A DNA stretch of 63,989 bases, filler included, from Octopus bimaculoides (Eukaryota): NCBI RefSeq assembly GCF_001194135.2. It is 7 parts of 7 records of this genome, joined end to end, with 100 filler letters (N's around TTAATTAATTAA, not from the genome) between each part and the next. Parts side by side here need not be neighbours in the genome. Positions count along the whole stretch, not along the records: positions 58,463 to 62,514 come from NW_026371559.1; positions 62,615 to 63,989 come from NC_068989.1; 5 more parts are not named here. One strand, given 5' to 3'. Position 1 is the stretch's first letter; each line of letters starts with the position of its first letter. Below, piece by piece: positions 61,913 to 63,989 of the stretch. The position numbers and the translations under genes were made by a program. The notes under the pieces were generated by a model that saw nothing but the letters and a program-made list of their open reading frames with translations, ran no database searches and was not told the origin of the DNA.

Positions 61913-62159
61913 TAGCTGAACTTGTGAAAAATTCATGGAAAGCATAAAGTATCTGTAAATTGTCTGCTGGCACCATGAGAAATGTTTCTATAGTGTGACA
62001 GTTACAGAATATGTAAAACTGATAACTGTATAATCCAACTGAAATATCTCAGTTGCGCAAACATAAACAGAATTACTATTTAGCCTTAAAATACATCATA
62101 CATATTCAAAGAACCTTCTTGGTTTAGTGGTATGGAACATTCTTCTGGTATACTTTTAT

Positions 62160-62514
62160 TTTTTTGCTTCTGTCAGTCATTTGACGGTGGCCATACTGGA
62201 GCACCACCCTTTAGTCAAAGAAATTGACCCCCCGGACTGTAAGCCTGGTGCTTATTCTATCAGTCTCTTTGCCGAACAGCTAAGTTATGGGGATGCAGAC
62301 ACATCAACATTGGTTGTCAAACAATGGTGTGGGGGACAAACACAGACACAAACATACTTTCGAGTGAGATCGTTGCCAGTGCCCCTGGACTGGCTCTTGT
62401 GCGGGGCCGTCGTAGGATTTTCGAGCAAGATAGTTGCCAGTGCCCCTGGGTTGGCTCTTGTGCGGGTGACACATGAAATTTTTCAAGCGAGATTGTTGCC
62501 AGTGCCCCTGGACT
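62160..62514. mobile_element. SINE family A 3' half (minus, 62160-62350) followed by about 61-bp tandem repeats resembling the RTE 3' UTR (62358-62514)
   Basis: GAGAT.GTTGCCAGTGCCCCTGG..TGGCTCTTGTGCGGG about 2.5 times; related to GCCAGTG/CTGGCTCC motifs at 24950-25040. Confidence 0.65.
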
Positions 62515-62614
62515 NNNNNNNNNNNNNNNNNNNNNNNNNNNNNNNNNNNNNNNNNNNNTTAATTAATTAANNNNNNNNNNNNNNNNNNNNNNNNNNNNNN
62601 NNNNNNNNNNNNNN
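62515..62614. other. Assembly join spacer
   Basis: 44N-TTAATTAATTAA-44N. Confidence 0.93.
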
Positions 62615-62790
62615 ATTCCTTCGGGGTCGATCAATTAACTATCTGTTGAGTACCGGGGTCGATGTAATCGTCTAATCTTCCTCTCCCCCCAAATTTCAGG
62701 CATTGTGCCTCTAGTAGAAGGGGTTAGGTGAGCTGGCAGAAACGTTAGCACGTCGGGCAAAATGCTTCGCAGTATTTCGTCTGTTGAATT
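62615..62790 (+). mobile_element. SINE family B tail followed by a second family B head
   Basis: CCTTCGGGGTCGAT..GTCGATGTAATCG..AAATTTCAGGCATTGTGCC, then GGTGAGCTGGCAGAAACGTTAGCACG. Confidence 0.7.
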
Positions 62791-62954
62791 TACTGATGCT
62801 GGGTTTGCTATTGTTACAACTAATACCGAGACCCAGATTTCTTTAGTAGTAGTAGTAGTAGTAGTAGTAATGGATATTTTCGTCTAAGGTATGTTTTTCA
62901 ATCAATCATTTCGTTCCTCCTAAAGCTGTTATTTTGGTAAAGTTTCGTTTTTCA

Positions 62955-63238
62955 GGCTTATATTTCTTTCTCCTTCTTTTTTCTTTCTTTCTTTTTTCCT
63001 TTCTTTCTTTCTTTCTCTTTCTTTCTTTTTCTTCATCACCGTAATCGTCTTCATCGTCATTGTCGTCGTCGTCGTCCTCCTCCTCCTCCTTCTCATCATC
63101 ATCATCATCATCATTATCATCTTTGTCTTCTCTTCTCCTTTTCCTTCTTATTTGTTTTCTTCTTCTTCTTCGTCTTCTTCTTCTTCTTCTTCAACTTCTT
63201 CTTCTACTTCTTCTTCGTCTTCTTCTTCTTCTTCTTCT
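62955..63238. repeat. Pyrimidine-rich compound microsatellite (CTTT/TCA/GTC/CTT)
   Basis: Directly visible. Confidence 0.9.
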
Positions 63239-63852
63239 NNNNNNNNNNAACCCGGAACCATGTGGTTCGTAAGTAAGCTACTTACCACACAGCCACTCTC
63301 ATATATTCTCTAACTACATCTTTAGGTTATTCGATTCTGTCTTTCCTTTTAGCATTTTGAAAACTTTTTGCTCATCTTTGTTTCTGTTGTACGTCTCGAT
63401 ATTCATCGATAAACATTAAATACGCCTCCCCCGCCGCCCTCGAAACCTTGCTCCGTTTCCAACCATCGCTGGATAATTGTTTATCCCAAACCGCTAAGCT
63501 TACTCTCTACAATCTATCCTCAGTCACGATTTATCTATTTTAAGCCAGCCAGTTTAAAAAAAAAAATTAATCCTCATTAAAAACAGACCGTATGCTATTA
63601 GACATAATTTCGTTTCCTAGTGTTATGTTTGTCTTCCAATCAGATTATAACATTTTATCACTGTTTATTCTTACCAACGGTGTTTTTGGAATCTTTCAGT
63701 TTTATTTCGGTTTCAAAATTGATATTGTGAAAGCATTGGATTTCTAAGCTTTTTCATGTTCTTCGTTCTATGACCGAAGTTGCTTTGCTGCTGGTATTAT
63801 TGTTACATCAATGATTTTTTGTAGAGAAGACCTATAATTAATGGCATTCCAT

Positions 63853-63908
<56 letters not shown>

Positions 63909-63911
63909 GTG

Positions 63912-63972
<61 letters not shown>
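63853..63972. repeat. (CTA)n then (ATT)n microsatellite
   Basis: Directly visible. Confidence 0.95.
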
Positions 63973-63974
<2 letters not shown>

Positions 63975-63989
63975 TAGTTTTATTTTTAT

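Overview
AT-rich animal DNA from a gappy draft assembly, almost entirely repeats. The SINE/LINE families look like those of an octopod cephalopod (Octopus-like); this is recognition, not a database result. Six identical 100-bp spacers (44 N + TTAATTAATTAA + 44 N) split the window into seven joined pieces, so adjacency across them is unverified. Host coding sequence is limited to one clear FAHD2-like exon (34291-34378, minus), one clear proline/lysine-rich exon of unknown gene (56460-56669, minus) and a few weak candidate exons. The rest is decayed non-LTR retroelements (R4/Dong, RTE, CR1/L2-like, Penelope-like), tRNA-derived SINEs, a Helitron, deleted piggyBac and mariner elements, MITEs and microsatellites. 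The most interesting signal is a set of Penelope-like elements and pseudo-LTRs with seven minimal type I hammerhead-ribozyme-like motifs. These include one near-intact motif (58281-58343), a probable variant core, and an element bracketed by inverted hammerhead-bearing pLTRs (52341-54388). Most of the supplied ORF track is microsatellite or N-run artefact. Repeat boundaries were read by eye and are approximate.
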